From an uncultured Actinomycetota bacterium (GTDB lineage: Bacteria; Actinomycetota; Actinomycetes; JAHEKZ01), in assembly GCA_963829525.1 (NCBI GenBank), contig CAWHIJ010000003.1, positions 2,144,001-2,208,000 on the forward strand: DNA of 64,000 bases, in the 5' to 3' direction. A program made the position numbers and the translations under genes. Positions 28,583 to 39,694 of the stretch are shown in pieces. A model generated the notes under the pieces. That model saw only the letters and a program-made list of their open reading frames with translations. It was not told where the DNA came from and searched no databases. Position 1 is the first letter of the stretch; every line of letters begins with the position of its first letter.

Positions 28583-29734
28583 CTAGCGATGGAGGCGGGC
28601 AGCGGAGTCACCGGCGAAGCGGGCTAACCCCAGGGATGCGACATCCGCAGCAACAGCGTCCGGGAGCGCCTTTCCCTCGACCAGGTCGGCGAGGACCTCA
28701 CCGAACATCGGCAAGAACTTAAAGCCCTGACCGCTGTCACCGCAGGCAACCACGACGTCACCGACCTGATCGATGATGAATCGGTCGTCAGCCGACTCGG
28801 TCCAGGCACAAACCTCCGAACGCACTGGTGTGGCGTCGAACGCGGGAAGCTCCAGGCGCACCCGTTGCACCGCCTCCGCTTCACGGGAGTCGTCAGGCTG
28901 TCTTTCGAAGTCAGACTCGGAAAAGGGTCGGATCGGCTCGTCAATCCCGACCTTGTAGCCGATGCCTGGAGTCGGCATTGCGTAGAAGCCGAAGGAAGCG
29001 CCGTCGGGCGGCACATCGACCAGGCAGGGACGGGCGGCCCAGGGAACACCGTCGCCACCCCTGACGTAGGTGACCTGTGCGAGGTTGGCCGTGAGCTGGA
29101 CCTCGATCCCAAGGCTCGCAAGCAAAGGCCGCGCCCAGGGTCCCGTCGCGACAACAACGCGATCGGCGACCCACGTGGTTCGGGTACCTGAGACGTCGGC
29201 GACGACTTCGACGCCCCCTGACGCGAGCGGCAACACCGCATGGACGGTGCCTTCACCGACCAGAGCTCCGCCGGATCTCCGAAGTCGGGTAAGGCAGGCG
29301 CGCAAGGAGTCATCGGCGCGGACAACCCCCGCCTCCGGCTGCCAGACCACAGTTCCATCGCCAGCCCAGCGCAGCTCTGGAAAGAGCTGGGCCTGGCGTG
29401 CCTGGTCGACCAGTTCGTGCTCGACTCCTTCGACAGCCAAGGCATGGGCGACGTCATCGGCTAGACCGCCACGCCAGAGCAGCCCCCGGGTCAATCGCAG
29501 TGGACGACCGATGTCGTGTTCGAGTCGGTTCCACAGATCGTGATTCCAGATGGCCATGCGCACGAAGTCGCGATCGGCATGCGCCAACCGGAAGATCCGC
29601 GTTGCCCCTGACGAAGAGGCGAACCGATGGCCGACGCTGAACCGGTCGACGGCGATCACTTCGTGACCTCGCGTGCTGAGCTCAGCCGCGGCCGAGAGCC
29701 CCATGACTCCCACCCCGATGACCACCACGCGCAT
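28583..29734 (-). CDS. FAD-dependent oxidoreductase, monomeric sarcosine oxidase/SolA-like
   Basis: GVGVMG, SSGATRIFRLA, DRFIID, DSGQGFKF. Confidence 0.8.
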   Translation of the reverse strand: MRVVVIGVGVMGLSAAAELSTRGHEVIAVDRFSVGHRFASSSGATRIFRLAHADRDFVRMAIWNHDLWNRLEHDIGRPLRLTRGLLWRGGLADDVAHALAVEGVEHELVDQARQAQLFPELRWAGDGTVVWQPEAGVVRADDSLRACLTRLRRSGGALVGEGTVHAVLPLASGGVEVVADVSGTRTTWVADRVVVATGPWARPLLASLGIEVQLTANLAQVTYVRGGDGVPWAARPCLVDVPPDGASFGFYAMPTPGIGYKVGIDEPIRPFSESDFERQPDDSREAEAVQRVRLELPAFDATPVRSEVCAWTESADDRFIIDQVGDVVVACGDSGQGFKFLPMFGEVLADLVEGKALPDAVAADVASLGLARFAGDSAARLHR

Positions 29735-29796
29735 GCCCGAACTCTAGGACCACCCGCACCCTGCACGTCCCGGCCCTCCCCTGCGAGGATGCGGCC

Positions 29797-30354
29797 ATGG
29801 CCGATGTCTTCGTCCGCGCCGCCCGCCTCATCGACGCTGCCGGATTTGCCGCCGTGCAGCGCCGCAGCTGGCTCGACGCCGGACCCGAACTGCGACTCCC
29901 CCCACCACCGGACGCCGACCTGATGGAGCGTTCCTGGGAGAGAGCCGTGATGGCACCGCCTACTCAGCGGCATCATGTCTGGGTGGCGCTGGAGACATCT
30001 ACCGGCGCCGACGTCGTCGTTGGAGGTGCAGCGCTGGCACCAGCCTCCGACCCCGACCTTGACCCCACTAGTTGTCTCGAGCTGCTCGTCTTCACAGTTG
30101 ATCCCGCACACCGGGGCCACGGCCACGGGTCTCGGCTGCTCACCGCTGCCCTGCAGACCGCGACAGCAGCAGGCGAGCGTGAGGCAGTGGTCTGGCTGGC
30201 CAGCGGCCAAGACCAGCTGCGCCTGTTTCTGGAGTCAGCCGGATGGGCTGCAGATGGGGCACACCGAACGCTCGCCACCGAGGACGGCGACTCGAGTGCG
30301 AGCACGCTCCGACAGGTGCGGCTCGGGACTCTCCTGGAGTCTTCCGCTTCATGA
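29797..30354 (+). CDS. GNAT family N-acetyltransferase
   Basis: VDPAHRGHGHGSRLL motif A; FLESAGWAADG. Confidence 0.85.
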   Translation: MADVFVRAARLIDAAGFAAVQRRSWLDAGPELRLPPPPDADLMERSWERAVMAPPTQRHHVWVALETSTGADVVVGGAALAPASDPDLDPTSCLELLVFTVDPAHRGHGHGSRLLTAALQTATAAGEREAVVWLASGQDQLRLFLESAGWAADGAHRTLATEDGDSSASTLRQVRLGTLLESSAS

Positions 30355-31058
30355 CCGACGAGCACCGATCCGTTCGCACCCAGTCTTGGGGGGTCGGCGT
30401 CGCGGTCGGCGCTTACGGGCTTGGTTTTGGTGCCCTGGCTGTCGCCAATGGCTTCACCGTTGCCCAAGCGATGGTGCTGAGCATATTCGTCTTCACCGGC
30501 GCGTCCCAGTTCGCACTCGTCGGGGTAGTCGGCGCCGGAGGCGCCGCTGCCTCTGGCGCGGTCGCTGCCCTGGCTCTCGGTTCCCGCAACGCCTTCTACG
30601 GTCTTCGTCTTGCTCCGCTGCTGAAGGTCCGTGGGTGGCGGCGCCTCTCGGCGGCCCAACTCACCATCGACGAGTCGACCGCGGTCGCAATCTCGCAGCC
30701 GACCGGCCAGCTGGCGCGCACCGGATTCTGGACAACTGGGATCGCTGTCTTCTTCTGCTGGAATGTCGCAACCGTCGCCGGAGCGCTTGCCGTCGACCAG
30801 GTCTCCGATCCGAGGGTGATCGGGCTCGATGCTGCAGTAGGCGCCGCCTTCCTCGCCCTGCTCTGGCCGCAGCTGTCAACGGCGGTCACACGCGCAGTCG
30901 CTGCTGCTGCGGCGACCCTTGCCCTGGTGCTGACGCCGCTGCTTCCCCCAGGCATACCTGTTCTGGCCGCCGCCGCCGTCGCCCTGGTAGTTGCATGGCC
31001 AGAACCACCCCACCCTGTGACCCAGCAACCAAGGTCACCGGACGTTTCCCATGAATGA
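30351..31058 (+). CDS. azlC: AzlC family branched-chain amino acid exporter permease
   Basis: FTGASQFA, RNAFYG, TIDESTAV, GLDAA. Confidence 0.88.
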   Translation: MTDEHRSVRTQSWGVGVAVGAYGLGFGALAVANGFTVAQAMVLSIFVFTGASQFALVGVVGAGGAAASGAVAALALGSRNAFYGLRLAPLLKVRGWRRLSAAQLTIDESTAVAISQPTGQLARTGFWTTGIAVFFCWNVATVAGALAVDQVSDPRVIGLDAAVGAAFLALLWPQLSTAVTRAVAAAAATLALVLTPLLPPGIPVLAAAAVALVVAWPEPPHPVTQQPRSPDVSHE

Positions 31059-31362
31059 ACTGTGGGCGGCGATCGCCGCAGTGGCCGTTGGGGGCTATGC
31101 GCTCAAGGCCTCGGGCTACTTCATTCCACAACGAGTCCTCGAGCGACCTCGCGTCACGCGCATTGCGCTGCTGACCCCCGTCGCACTGCTCGCCGCCCTC
31201 ACAGCTGTTCAGGTCTTCGGTGACGGAGAACGACTCGTGCTGGATGCCAGGGCCGCCGGCCTGGCGTATGCCGTCGTTGCCCTGCTGCTGCGCGCACCGT
31301 TCCTGGTGGTCGTCGTCGGGGCAGCGGCAGTCGCTGCCCTGGTGCGACTCATCGCCGGATGA
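31051..31362 (+). CDS. azlD: AzlD domain protein
   Basis: Small hydrophobic protein overlapping azlC; PVALLAAL, LRAPFLVVV. Confidence 0.85.
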   Translation: MNELWAAIAAVAVGGYALKASGYFIPQRVLERPRVTRIALLTPVALLAALTAVQVFGDGERLVLDARAAGLAYAVVALLLRAPFLVVVVGAAAVAALVRLIAG

Positions 31363-31378
31363 GCGGCAGGATGAGCTC

Positions 31379-31942
31379 ATGAGCCACTGGTACGCGGGTT
31401 GGAAGTTCTGGCCCGACCGCCCCAAAGGGCCGGTCGGTGAAGACTTCCGTCAGGTCAACTGGATCCGGCCATACCGGCCAGGACCGCCACGAGTCCTGCT
31501 GGCCCTGTTCGGCGTCCTGATCACGACCGCCCCGGCCTTCTTGTCTTTCTCGATCCTGCTCGGCGGCGGACCAGTGGCACCGCGCCTGGTGTACGCCACC
31601 GCCTTCGGGCTGCTCGCGGCCGGGCTGGCCATCACCATCACTCGGTTCTTCGCCGTCGGTGTCTACGTCAACGACGCCGGAGTTCGGATTCTGACGATGC
31701 GGGCAATGGCGGTGTACCCCTGGCGCCTGGTGACCGACGTGTCCACCGCATCGGGTAGGGGTGACCCGGACGCAGAAGGCGATCGCGTCGTCATCACCGT
31801 CCGCGACGTAGGACCCATTGCAACTCCGGTCCGGCGCCACAGCATGGACTTCATCGGGCGACCCGAGCCCTTCTCGATGGCCTCGTTGGCCATCGAACGC
31901 TGGTGGCGCGACGCTGGCGCGATGGGTCGGGCAGCAGGCTAG
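31379..31942 (+). CDS. Membrane protein (2 TM plus PH-like domain)
   Basis: WIRPYRPGP, two TMs, GVYVNDAGVRI..YPW; start uncertain. Confidence 0.6.
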   Translation: MSHWYAGWKFWPDRPKGPVGEDFRQVNWIRPYRPGPPRVLLALFGVLITTAPAFLSFSILLGGGPVAPRLVYATAFGLLAAGLAITITRFFAVGVYVNDAGVRILTMRAMAVYPWRLVTDVSTASGRGDPDAEGDRVVITVRDVGPIATPVRRHSMDFIGRPEPFSMASLAIERWWRDAGAMGRAAG

Positions 31943-32379
31943 GGCGCCTCAAAACGCTCGATCGCCGTCCGCATCGCTGCACGCGCCCGCTTACGATCAC
32001 CGGCGTCGTCGTAGGCCACCGCCAGCCGGAACCAGGCCCCCCAGTCGTCCGGAGCGGCCTCGACCTCCGCCTGACGCTGCGCGAAACGCGCATCTGCGGC
32101 TTCGCGCACCACGCGCCCCCCGGGGGTGCGCGGCAAGTCGTCCTCCGGAAGCCCACCGGAGGCGGCCAGCTCGCGGCCGAGCTCGGCGGTCTTGGCCCCG
32201 AACTGCAGCTCGCGGACCACCACCCAGACCCCGATGACAGGAAGTGCGATCAGCGCGACCCCGAGGACGACCGGAATCAGGTCCCCACTGGAGAGCAGCA
32301 CCCACGAGCGCTGAGCGATGAACAGGAGATAGAAGCCGCACAGCGCGGCCAGCACCCAAGCGACGGAGCGAGCGTTCAC
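31939..32379 (-). CDS. Conserved membrane protein with TPR-like C-terminus
   Basis: LPRTPGGRV, PDDWGAWFRLAVAYDDAGDRKRAR; typical gene after dapB. Confidence 0.8.
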   Translation of the reverse strand: MNARSVAWVLAALCGFYLLFIAQRSWVLLSSGDLIPVVLGVALIALPVIGVWVVVRELQFGAKTAELGRELAASGGLPEDDLPRTPGGRVVREAADARFAQRQAEVEAAPDDWGAWFRLAVAYDDAGDRKRARAAMRTAIERFEAP

Positions 32380-32390
32380 GAACCCACCGG

Positions 32391-33152
32391 CTAGGGGGCG
32401 CTGGGCAGGCCGAGCAGGGGTTCGAGTCCGACCGTCAGACCGGGCCGGCGCACCACCTCTCGCACTGCCAGCAGGACACCGGGCATGAACCCCGCGCGGT
32501 CCAACGAGTCATGACGGAGCGTGAGAATCTCGCCCGCGTTGCCGAAGACGACCTCTTCGTGAGCAACCGCCCCCCGTAAGCGCACCGAGTGCACGGGGAT
32601 GCCGTCGACGATGGCGCCACGGGCGCCCGGCAACGCACTGGAAGTGGCGTCGGGAGCTGTAGGCGTTGCCGCGGCCGAGCGGGCGGCCGCGATCAGCTGC
32701 GCGGTGTGCACGGCCGTGCCGCTCGGCGCATCGATCTTGTCGGCATGGTGAGTCTCGACGATCTCAACTGAGTCGAAGTGTCTTGCCGCCTCGCGTGCGA
32801 AACGCATCAGAAGCACAGCGCCCAGCGCGAAGTTGGGGGCAACGACAACACCGAGGCCGGGCGACCGTTCGACCACCACTCGTACCTGCTCGAGCCGCTC
32901 CTCGTCGAATCCACTCGTGCCCACGACAGCGTGCATCCCAAGGGCGAGCGCACGCTCGACGTTTCCCATCACGACATCAGGGCGGGTGAAGTCGACGACA
33001 ACTTGGGCGCCGGCAACGGCGGCATCGTCGACCGAGCCGTCGCGGTCGACCTCGGCGACGAGCTCAAGGTCGTCAGCGTCGGAAATCGCCGAACAGGTCT
33101 GCTGACCCATTCGGCCAGCAGCACCGATCACGGCAACCTTGACGGCAGTCAT
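32391..33152 (-). CDS. dapB: 4-hydroxy-tetrahydrodipicolinate reductase
   Basis: GAAGRMG, VDFTRP, ETHHADKIDAPSGTA. Confidence 0.96.
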   Translation of the reverse strand: MTAVKVAVIGAAGRMGQQTCSAISDADDLELVAEVDRDGSVDDAAVAGAQVVVDFTRPDVVMGNVERALALGMHAVVGTSGFDEERLEQVRVVVERSPGLGVVVAPNFALGAVLLMRFAREAARHFDSVEIVETHHADKIDAPSGTAVHTAQLIAAARSAAATPTAPDATSSALPGARGAIVDGIPVHSVRLRGAVAHEEVVFGNAGEILTLRHDSLDRAGFMPGVLLAVREVVRRPGLTVGLEPLLGLPSAP

Positions 33153-34468
33153 GAGGTGACGGCTCCGGAGAAGTCCCGGTCAGCATCGAACGGTCCGATG
33201 ACCGCCAGGGTCGGGGTGACGTCAAGGACATCGGACGCCACCTCAAGAACATCGTCGAGTGTGACTGCTTCGATGCGGCTCAATACCTCGTCGATCGACA
33301 GCATCTCGCCATATACGAGTTCGCTCTTGCCGATCCGGTTCATCCGTGATCCGGTGTCCTCCATGCCGAGCACCAGCGACCCGCGCAGCTGGCCTTTGCC
33401 ACGCTCGAGCTCCTCAGTTGTGACGCCTCGGTGACGGACCCGGGCAAGCTCGGCTCGACAGAGGTCGAGCACGTCATCGACCTTCTTCGGCAGGCAGCCG
33501 GCGTAGACGCCGAAGAGACCAGCATCGGAGTACTGGGCGTGGTAGGAGTAGACCGAGTAGGCGAGCCCGCGCTTCTCGCGCACTTCTTGGAAGAGTCGGC
33601 TCGACATCCCTCCGCCGAGTGCGCTGTTGAGCACACCCAGGGCGAAGCGTCGCGGATCATTGCGGTCGACTCCAGGTACACCAAGCACGAGGTTGACCTG
33701 CTCGGTTGTCCGCGGGATGACGGACACGCCGCCGCCAGGATTTGGCCGCGGGTGGACGCGACGTGCTGCAGTCGTGGCTGAGGCCTCGCCGTTGAGCTGG
33801 ACTCCTCCGGCAGCGAAAGCCTTCTTGACCAAGCGCACCACCGCTGCGTGATTGAGGTTCCCTGCCGCGGCAACAACGATGTGCTCAGGCCGGTACCAGC
33901 GCCTGTAGTACCGGCGGACCGTGTCGCGACTTACAGTCTCGATGGATCCAACCGAACCGAGGATCGGTCGCCCCAGTGGTGTGTCACCAAAGACCGACTG
34001 CGCGAACAGGTCATGCACAACGTCGCCTGGGTCGTCATCGTGCATGGCGATCTCTTCTAGGATCACGCCGCGCTCTGACTCGAAGTCAGGTCCAGTGATC
34101 GTCGACGAGAGCACCATGTCGGTCACGACGTCGACAGCGACGGGAAGGTCCGCGTCCAGCACCCGAGCGTAGAAGCAGGTGAACTCTTTTGCGGTGAAGG
34201 CGTTCATCTCGCCTCCGAGCCGGTCGATCGCCGACGAGATCTCCAAAGCACTGCGCTGACGCGTGCCCTTGAACAGCAGGTGCTCGAGGTAGTGACTGGC
34301 ACCGGCCTGCTTGCCCGACTCGTCGCGCGATCCCACCCCGACCCAGACGCCGAAGGAGACCGACCGCATGGTCGGCACGGCCTCGGTGACCACACGCAGC
34401 CCACCGGGCAGGACGGTGCGCTTGACAACGCTTCCGTCCTGGCCCCGGTGCAGCGTGCGGGTGCTCAC
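33149..34468 (-). CDS. M16 family zinc metallopeptidase
   Basis: HYLEH (HxxEH), LGGGMSSRLFQEVREKRGLAYS. Confidence 0.94.
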   Translation of the reverse strand: MSTRTLHRGQDGSVVKRTVLPGGLRVVTEAVPTMRSVSFGVWVGVGSRDESGKQAGASHYLEHLLFKGTRQRSALEISSAIDRLGGEMNAFTAKEFTCFYARVLDADLPVAVDVVTDMVLSSTITGPDFESERGVILEEIAMHDDDPGDVVHDLFAQSVFGDTPLGRPILGSVGSIETVSRDTVRRYYRRWYRPEHIVVAAAGNLNHAAVVRLVKKAFAAGGVQLNGEASATTAARRVHPRPNPGGGVSVIPRTTEQVNLVLGVPGVDRNDPRRFALGVLNSALGGGMSSRLFQEVREKRGLAYSVYSYHAQYSDAGLFGVYAGCLPKKVDDVLDLCRAELARVRHRGVTTEELERGKGQLRGSLVLGMEDTGSRMNRIGKSELVYGEMLSIDEVLSRIEAVTLDDVLEVASDVLDVTPTLAVIGPFDADRDFSGAVTS

Positions 34469-34484
34469 GTCAGTCGGTCGTGGC

Positions 34485-36710
34485 TCAGGCGTCTGCCGGG
34501 ACGTCTGCTACGGCCTCGTCCTCATCCTTGGCGGCGGTCAGCGACAGCTTGCCGCGGTCGTCGACCTCCTTGATCTCCACGCGCACCTTCTGGCCGACCG
34601 ACAGCACATCGTCGACCGAGTCGATGCGGGGCTTTCCCACCATCTTCTTGATCTCAGAGATGTGCAGCAGGCCATCCTTGCCGGGGAGCAGCGAGATGAA
34701 CGCACCGAACGTCGTGGTCTTGACCACGGTGCCCAGGTAGCGCTCGCCGACCTCGGGCATCGTCGGATTGGCGATCGAGTTGACCATCGAACGAGCCGCC
34801 TCGGCCGATGGGCCGTCGACAGCGCCGATGTAGATGGTGCCGTCGTCGTCGATCGAGATGTCGGCGCCTGTCTCGTCCTGGATCGAGTTGATCATCTTGC
34901 CCTTCGGGCCGATGACCTCGCCGATCTTGTCGACCGGGATCTTGACGGTGATGACGCGAGGCGCATTCGGCGCCATCTCGTCAGGACCGTCGATCGCCTC
35001 GGACATGACCTCGAGCAGCGTCAGACGTGCAGCGCGCGCCTGGTTCAGTGCGGCGGCGAGCACCGAGGCGGGAATGCCATCGAGCTTGGTGTCCAGCTGC
35101 AGGGCCGTGACGAACTGCTCAGTGCCGGCGATCTTGAAGTCCATGTCGCCGAAGGCGTCCTCGGCTCCAAGGATATCGGTGAGCGCGACGTACTGAGTCT
35201 TGCCATCGACCTCACCGCTGACCAGACCCATGGCGATGCCCGAGACCGGGGCCTTCAACGGGACGCCAGCGTGCAGCAACGACATCGTCGATGCGCAGAC
35301 CGAGCCCATCGAGGTCGACCCGTTGGACCCGAGTGCCTCAGAGACCTGGCGAATCGCATACGGGAACTCCGCGCGCGTCGGCAGGACGGGAACGATCGCA
35401 CGCTCAGCGAGCGCGCCGTGTCCGATCTCGCGACGCTTCGGGGAACCGACCCGGCCGGTCTCACCGGTCGAGTAGGGCGGGAAGTTGTAGTTGTGCATGT
35501 ACCGCTTACGGTTTACCGGGTTGAGGGTGTCGAGCTGCTGCTCCATTCGGAGCATGTTCAGCGTCGTCACACCCATGATCTGAGTCTCGCCGCGCTCGAA
35601 CAGCGACGAGCCGTGGGTCAGCGGAACCACACCGACCTCAGCCGACAGTCGGCGGATGTCGGACGGGCCACGTCCATCGATGCGGACCTGGTCGCGCAGG
35701 ATCCGCTCCCGAACGAGCTTCTTGGTCAGCGCGCGGAACGCCGCGTTGACCTCCTTCTCGCGACCCTCGAACTGCCCGGCGACCTTGTCGGTGACCAGGT
35801 CGGAGATGCGTGACGTCTCGGTCTCGCGCTCCTGCTTGCCGGCAATGGTGAGGGCAGCAGCGAGCTCAGCCGATGCTGTCTGTTCCACGGCGCTGAAGAC
35901 ATCCTCCTGGTAGTCGAGGAAGAGCGGGAACTCGCGGGTCGGCTTGGCAGCGACCGCGGCGAGCTCGGCCTGTGCCTCACAGAGCACCCGGATGAACGGC
36001 TTGGCAGCCTCAAGGCCCTGCGCCACGACCTCTTCGGTCGGTGCCGTGGCCCCGCCAGCGATCAGGTTGATCGTCTCCTCGGTTGCCTCGGCCTCGACCA
36101 TCATGATCGCGACGTCTGGCTTGCCCTCGTGCTCGACGACGCGGCCGGCTACGACCATGTCGAAGACAGCACGCTCAAGCTCGGAGTGCGTCGGGAAACC
36201 GATCCACTGGCCGTCGATCAGAGCGACGCGAACGCCGCCGATCGGGCCGCTGAACGGAATTCCGGACAACTGGGTCGACATCGATGCCGCATTGATCGCG
36301 ACGACGTCGTACAGGTGCTCAGGGTCGAGCGACATGATCGTCTCGACGATCTGGATCTCGTTGCGCAGTCCCTTGGTGAACGACGGGCGCAGCGGCCGGT
36401 CGATCAACCGGCAGGTGAGAATGGCGTCCTCGGTGGGCCGCCCCTCACGACGGAAGAAGGATCCGGGGATCCGGCCGACGGAGTACATCCGCTCTTCGAC
36501 GTCGACGGTCAGGGGGAAGAAGTCCAAGTTGTCCTTGGGACGCTTGGACGCTGTGGTAGCCGACAACACCATCGTGGTGTCGTCAAGGTAGGCGACAGCC
36601 GAACCGGCTGCCTGTCGGGCAAGGCGCCCGGTTTCGAACTTGATGATGCGGTGGCCAAACGATCCATTGTCGATAATGGCCTCGCTCGAGCGAACTTCCA
36701 GACCCTCCAC
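34485..36710 (-). CDS. pnp: Polyribonucleotide nucleotidyltransferase
   Basis: [29 protein letters not shown] and S1 domains; GTG after GAGGAGG. Confidence 0.97.
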   Translation of the reverse strand: MEGLEVRSSEAIIDNGSFGHRIIKFETGRLARQAAGSAVAYLDDTTMVLSATTASKRPKDNLDFFPLTVDVEERMYSVGRIPGSFFRREGRPTEDAILTCRLIDRPLRPSFTKGLRNEIQIVETIMSLDPEHLYDVVAINAASMSTQLSGIPFSGPIGGVRVALIDGQWIGFPTHSELERAVFDMVVAGRVVEHEGKPDVAIMMVEAEATEETINLIAGGATAPTEEVVAQGLEAAKPFIRVLCEAQAELAAVAAKPTREFPLFLDYQEDVFSAVEQTASAELAAALTIAGKQERETETSRISDLVTDKVAGQFEGREKEVNAAFRALTKKLVRERILRDQVRIDGRGPSDIRRLSAEVGVVPLTHGSSLFERGETQIMGVTTLNMLRMEQQLDTLNPVNRKRYMHNYNFPPYSTGETGRVGSPKRREIGHGALAERAIVPVLPTRAEFPYAIRQVSEALGSNGSTSMGSVCASTMSLLHAGVPLKAPVSGIAMGLVSGEVDGKTQYVALTDILGAEDAFGDMDFKIAGTEQFVTALQLDTKLDGIPASVLAAALNQARAARLTLLEVMSEAIDGPDEMAPNAPRVITVKIPVDKIGEVIGPKGKMINSIQDETGADISIDDDGTIYIGAVDGPSAEAARSMVNSIANPTMPEVGERYLGTVVKTTTFGAFISLLPGKDGLLHISEIKKMVGKPRIDSVDDVLSVGQKVRVEIKEVDDRGKLSLTAAKDEDEAVADVPADA

Positions 36711-36770
36711 GGGTCCTCCTCTTCGTTGAGCCTGAGGCGTCATCCCGGCAGTTGCCGGCGAGGAGTGGAG

Positions 36771-36838
36771 CCGGTCATCGATCGAGGCTCCCGGGGATGT
36801 GCGGTGCACATGCCCGGGGTGCCACTACCGAGGACCGA
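36771..36838 (-). ncRNA. Actino-pnp leader hairpin (putative RNase III site)
   Basis: Minus strand CGGTCCTCGGTAGTGGC...GCCTCGATCGATGACCGG long stem in the rpsO-pnp spacer, matching the motif as I recall it. Confidence 0.75.
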
Positions 36839-36935
36839 CAATGAACGCCGTCACAAGAGTGGGCACGGCGCCCCAGGCGGTGATCTTCAGTTGATCTTCG
36901 GGTGAATACAGACGGGGAACTGCCCCGCCCGCGCG

Positions 36936-37205
36936 CTATCGGCGCAGGCCGAGCCGTTCGATGAGCTGGCGGTACCGGTTGATGTCGGTGTCAGCCAGGT
37001 AGTTGAGCAGGCGACGACGCTGACCCACGAGCAACAGCAGTCCGCGGCGGCTGTGGTGGTCGTGCTTGTGCTCTTTGAGGTGCTCCGTCAGATCTGAGAT
37101 CCGACGGGAGAGCATTGCCACCTGCACCTCGGGGGAACCGGTGTCACCGGCGGTGGTGGCGTACTCGTCCATGATTTGCTTCTTGACAGCGGAATCAAGC
37201 GACAC
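36936..37205 (-). CDS. rpsO: 30S ribosomal protein S15
   Basis: [27 protein letters not shown]. Confidence 0.99.
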   Translation of the reverse strand: MSLDSAVKKQIMDEYATTAGDTGSPEVQVAMLSRRISDLTEHLKEHKHDHHSRRGLLLLVGQRRRLLNYLADTDINRYRQLIERLGLRR

Positions 37206-37290
37206 TGCAGTGGTCTCCTCGAGGTTGTTGCGCGGCGCGCCGGGGCAAGTCCACCCGGGCTCTTACAGGTCCGCGGCCGATCGAACGGCC
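37206..37290 (-). promoter_or_regulatory. rpsO 5' leader (probable S15 autoregulatory RNA)
   Basis: TAGCCT -10 at 37296-37301, then a GC-rich structured leader including CCCGG/CCGGG. Confidence 0.45.
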
Positions 37291-37398
37291 TGGTCAGGCT
37301 ATCAGCGGGCGGTCCAATCCCCCGAATCGGCGGCCTGAGGAGCACACGCGGGCGGAAAGACCCTGGTGAAACGCCTCTTGCAGTCACGATCATTGATC

Positions 37399-39616
37399 AT
37401 GACGATCCCCTGCCCGAGCTGCGGGGCACCGCTGGGCCAGCCACCCGCTGGGACTGAGGCGGGAACGACGTGCCTGGCCTGCGGCCACCGTATGTCGACG
37501 ACCTACCTCGTCGAGACCTTCGAACTCGGCGCCTGGCACGCCTGGGCCGGTCAACGGCTCACCTGGCTCCACGACAGGTTGGTCGCCGGAGACCTCCCCG
37601 TCGAAGGGCAGCCGCCAGCCCGCTGCCACCGATCTCGGCGCAGCACCCGGCCGCGGCCACGCCGGCTACCTTCCCGACCTCCCCACGCCTCCTTCGCTGC
37701 CACCTCCGGCGCATCCTGCCCGACCACCGGCCTCTGCCGGTTCGCTGCTGCTGGCGGTTGGTGCCTTCCTCTTGGTCGTGGCCGGCATCGCCTTTCTCGC
37801 CTTCACCTGGGACCTTCTGGGCCCGTTCGGACAGATCACCGTCCTGCTGCTGCTGGGCGCGGCCGCTCTGGGGGCGACCGACCGGCTGCTGATCCGGCTC
37901 CACGGCACTGCGATGGCGCTCGGCGTCGTCGGCACGCTTCTGGTCACGATCGCAGCTATCGGCGCCCGCACCCTGGGGCCGGACGTGATCGGGGCAGGTG
38001 CCTCACTCCTGGTCGCCATTGCCATCATGACGACGCTGTGTGCCACTGCCATCTGGCTTCGGCCGCGCACCGCGTCGATCGGCGAGCTCGCCGGAGTGGC
38101 TGGCTCGGTCGGCGTTCTGGTGCTGCTAGCCACCGCACCCGTGGACGAAGCGCTGCCACTTCCAGAGCCGTGGAGCTGGTGGGTCGCCCTCTCGTGCGGC
38201 GGCGGGTCTGTCGCGCTCTTGGTGCTGGCCGACCGCGTCCGACTGTCGTCGTGGCCTTGGGTCGGTGCGGTGTTCCTGGTTATCTCGGCGATCTCACTCG
38301 CCGTCTTCGTGCAGGCGACGACAGAGGATTTCGCCGCGAGCGAGGCCGAACCTGCCGTCGCTGCGCTCACGCTTCTGATCGCGGCGGTCGGCGTGGCCGT
38401 GCTACTTCGCCGGTTGCAACACGTATGGCCCGTCACCTTGGCGGCTCTGGCGATGTGGAGTCTGGCGCTCTTCCTCAGCTGGACCTCCGGGGTGTCAACG
38501 CCCGAGGCGCGTCCTTGGGCCGCTCTCGTTCTCGCCATGGCGGGGGCAGTGGCGCTCGCGCCTGCGCTTCTCGTCGTCGGCCACTCCTGGTTGAGGTCGA
38601 CGATCCCCCTCGTTGGTTCACTAGCTGTTGGCGCAGCCGTCGGGCTTGCCGTCGCACCGTGGCTGGACCCTCTCTTGAAATACCTCAACGCCGAGTCCTG
38701 GGCCGGGCAAGCCTGGCCGCCTTGGCGCGGATTGCTGGCCGGGCTGGTGTTCGTCGCACTCCTTATCGCATCCGCGGCGTTCGCACCGAGAGTGTTTTCG
38801 GCAACTACGGATGCTGACGGCGGAACCACGGAGACCGTGTCTCCGCTTCTGGGGTTCGCTGAGCTGCTGCCCCCGGCGGCCGGACTCGTTACCTGGTTGA
38901 TCGCGTCATTGAACGATCTCGGTGAGGCAACAGCGGGCCGAGGCACCTACCTCGACACCTACCGGCCTCAACCGACACCAGACGCGTTCCAGCACCAGCT
39001 AGCTATAGCCATGACCGTGCTGGCTCTCGGTCTTCTCGCGATGGTTCTGCTCCGCCGGCTTCCTGCCCTGTCGGTTTGGGCGGTTCCTGTTCTGGCCATC
39101 CCAGCAGCGTTGTTCGAGCTGTCGACCCGCAGTCTTGACTCGACCACCGAGCCCGAGGTGTACGGACTGGCCCTGGGCATCCCCACCCTCGTGGCGTCGA
39201 TCGGCTGGTGGTGGTTGAGACGGCCCGAGCGCACGCCCACCTGGCAGACCATCGCACCGCCGTTCGTTCTCGTTGTGGCCCCGTCAACCCTGGCCTTACT
39301 CGACGAGACAACCAACCGCTGGTTCCTCGGTGACAACTCCAGCACTGCTTACCAGGTACGAATGGTCACCCTTCTCACGATCGGTGTCGTTGCGGCGATT
39401 GTGGGTGCCTGGCAACGGTGGGGCGGGCTCTTCTTCCCCGGTCTCGGGCTGACGCTGATCGTGGTGGGGATCGAGCTCATCGACCTCGGTCGGTTCTTGC
39501 CGCAGTGGCTCTCTTTCGCCGTCGCCGGTGCAGTGCTCATCGCTGCTGGCGCGAGGTGGGAGTGGGTACGACAGCGCGGAAAGGCCGGCGCCACCTGGGT
39601 GCGGTCGCTGACCTAG
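37399..39616 (+). CDS. Multi-pass membrane protein with N-terminal zinc ribbon (DUF2157/SCO7613-like), frameshifted near 37600-37700
   Basis: MTIPCPSCG..CLACG in one frame; SAGSLLLAVGAFLLVVAGIAFLAFTW and C-terminal PEVY..LPQWL..GARWE in the next frame. Confidence 0.7.
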
Positions 39617-39694
39617 GGCGTTGGAGCGAAGGCGAAGTTCGACCGGGCAGGACCTTCCAATATTGAGCACCGGCGAAGTTCTCCTCTCACACAC

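Noticed and set aside
39631-39681. Direct repeat GGCGAAGTTC x2 after ribF
   Set aside because: Only 10 bp; could be chance and no function is supportable.
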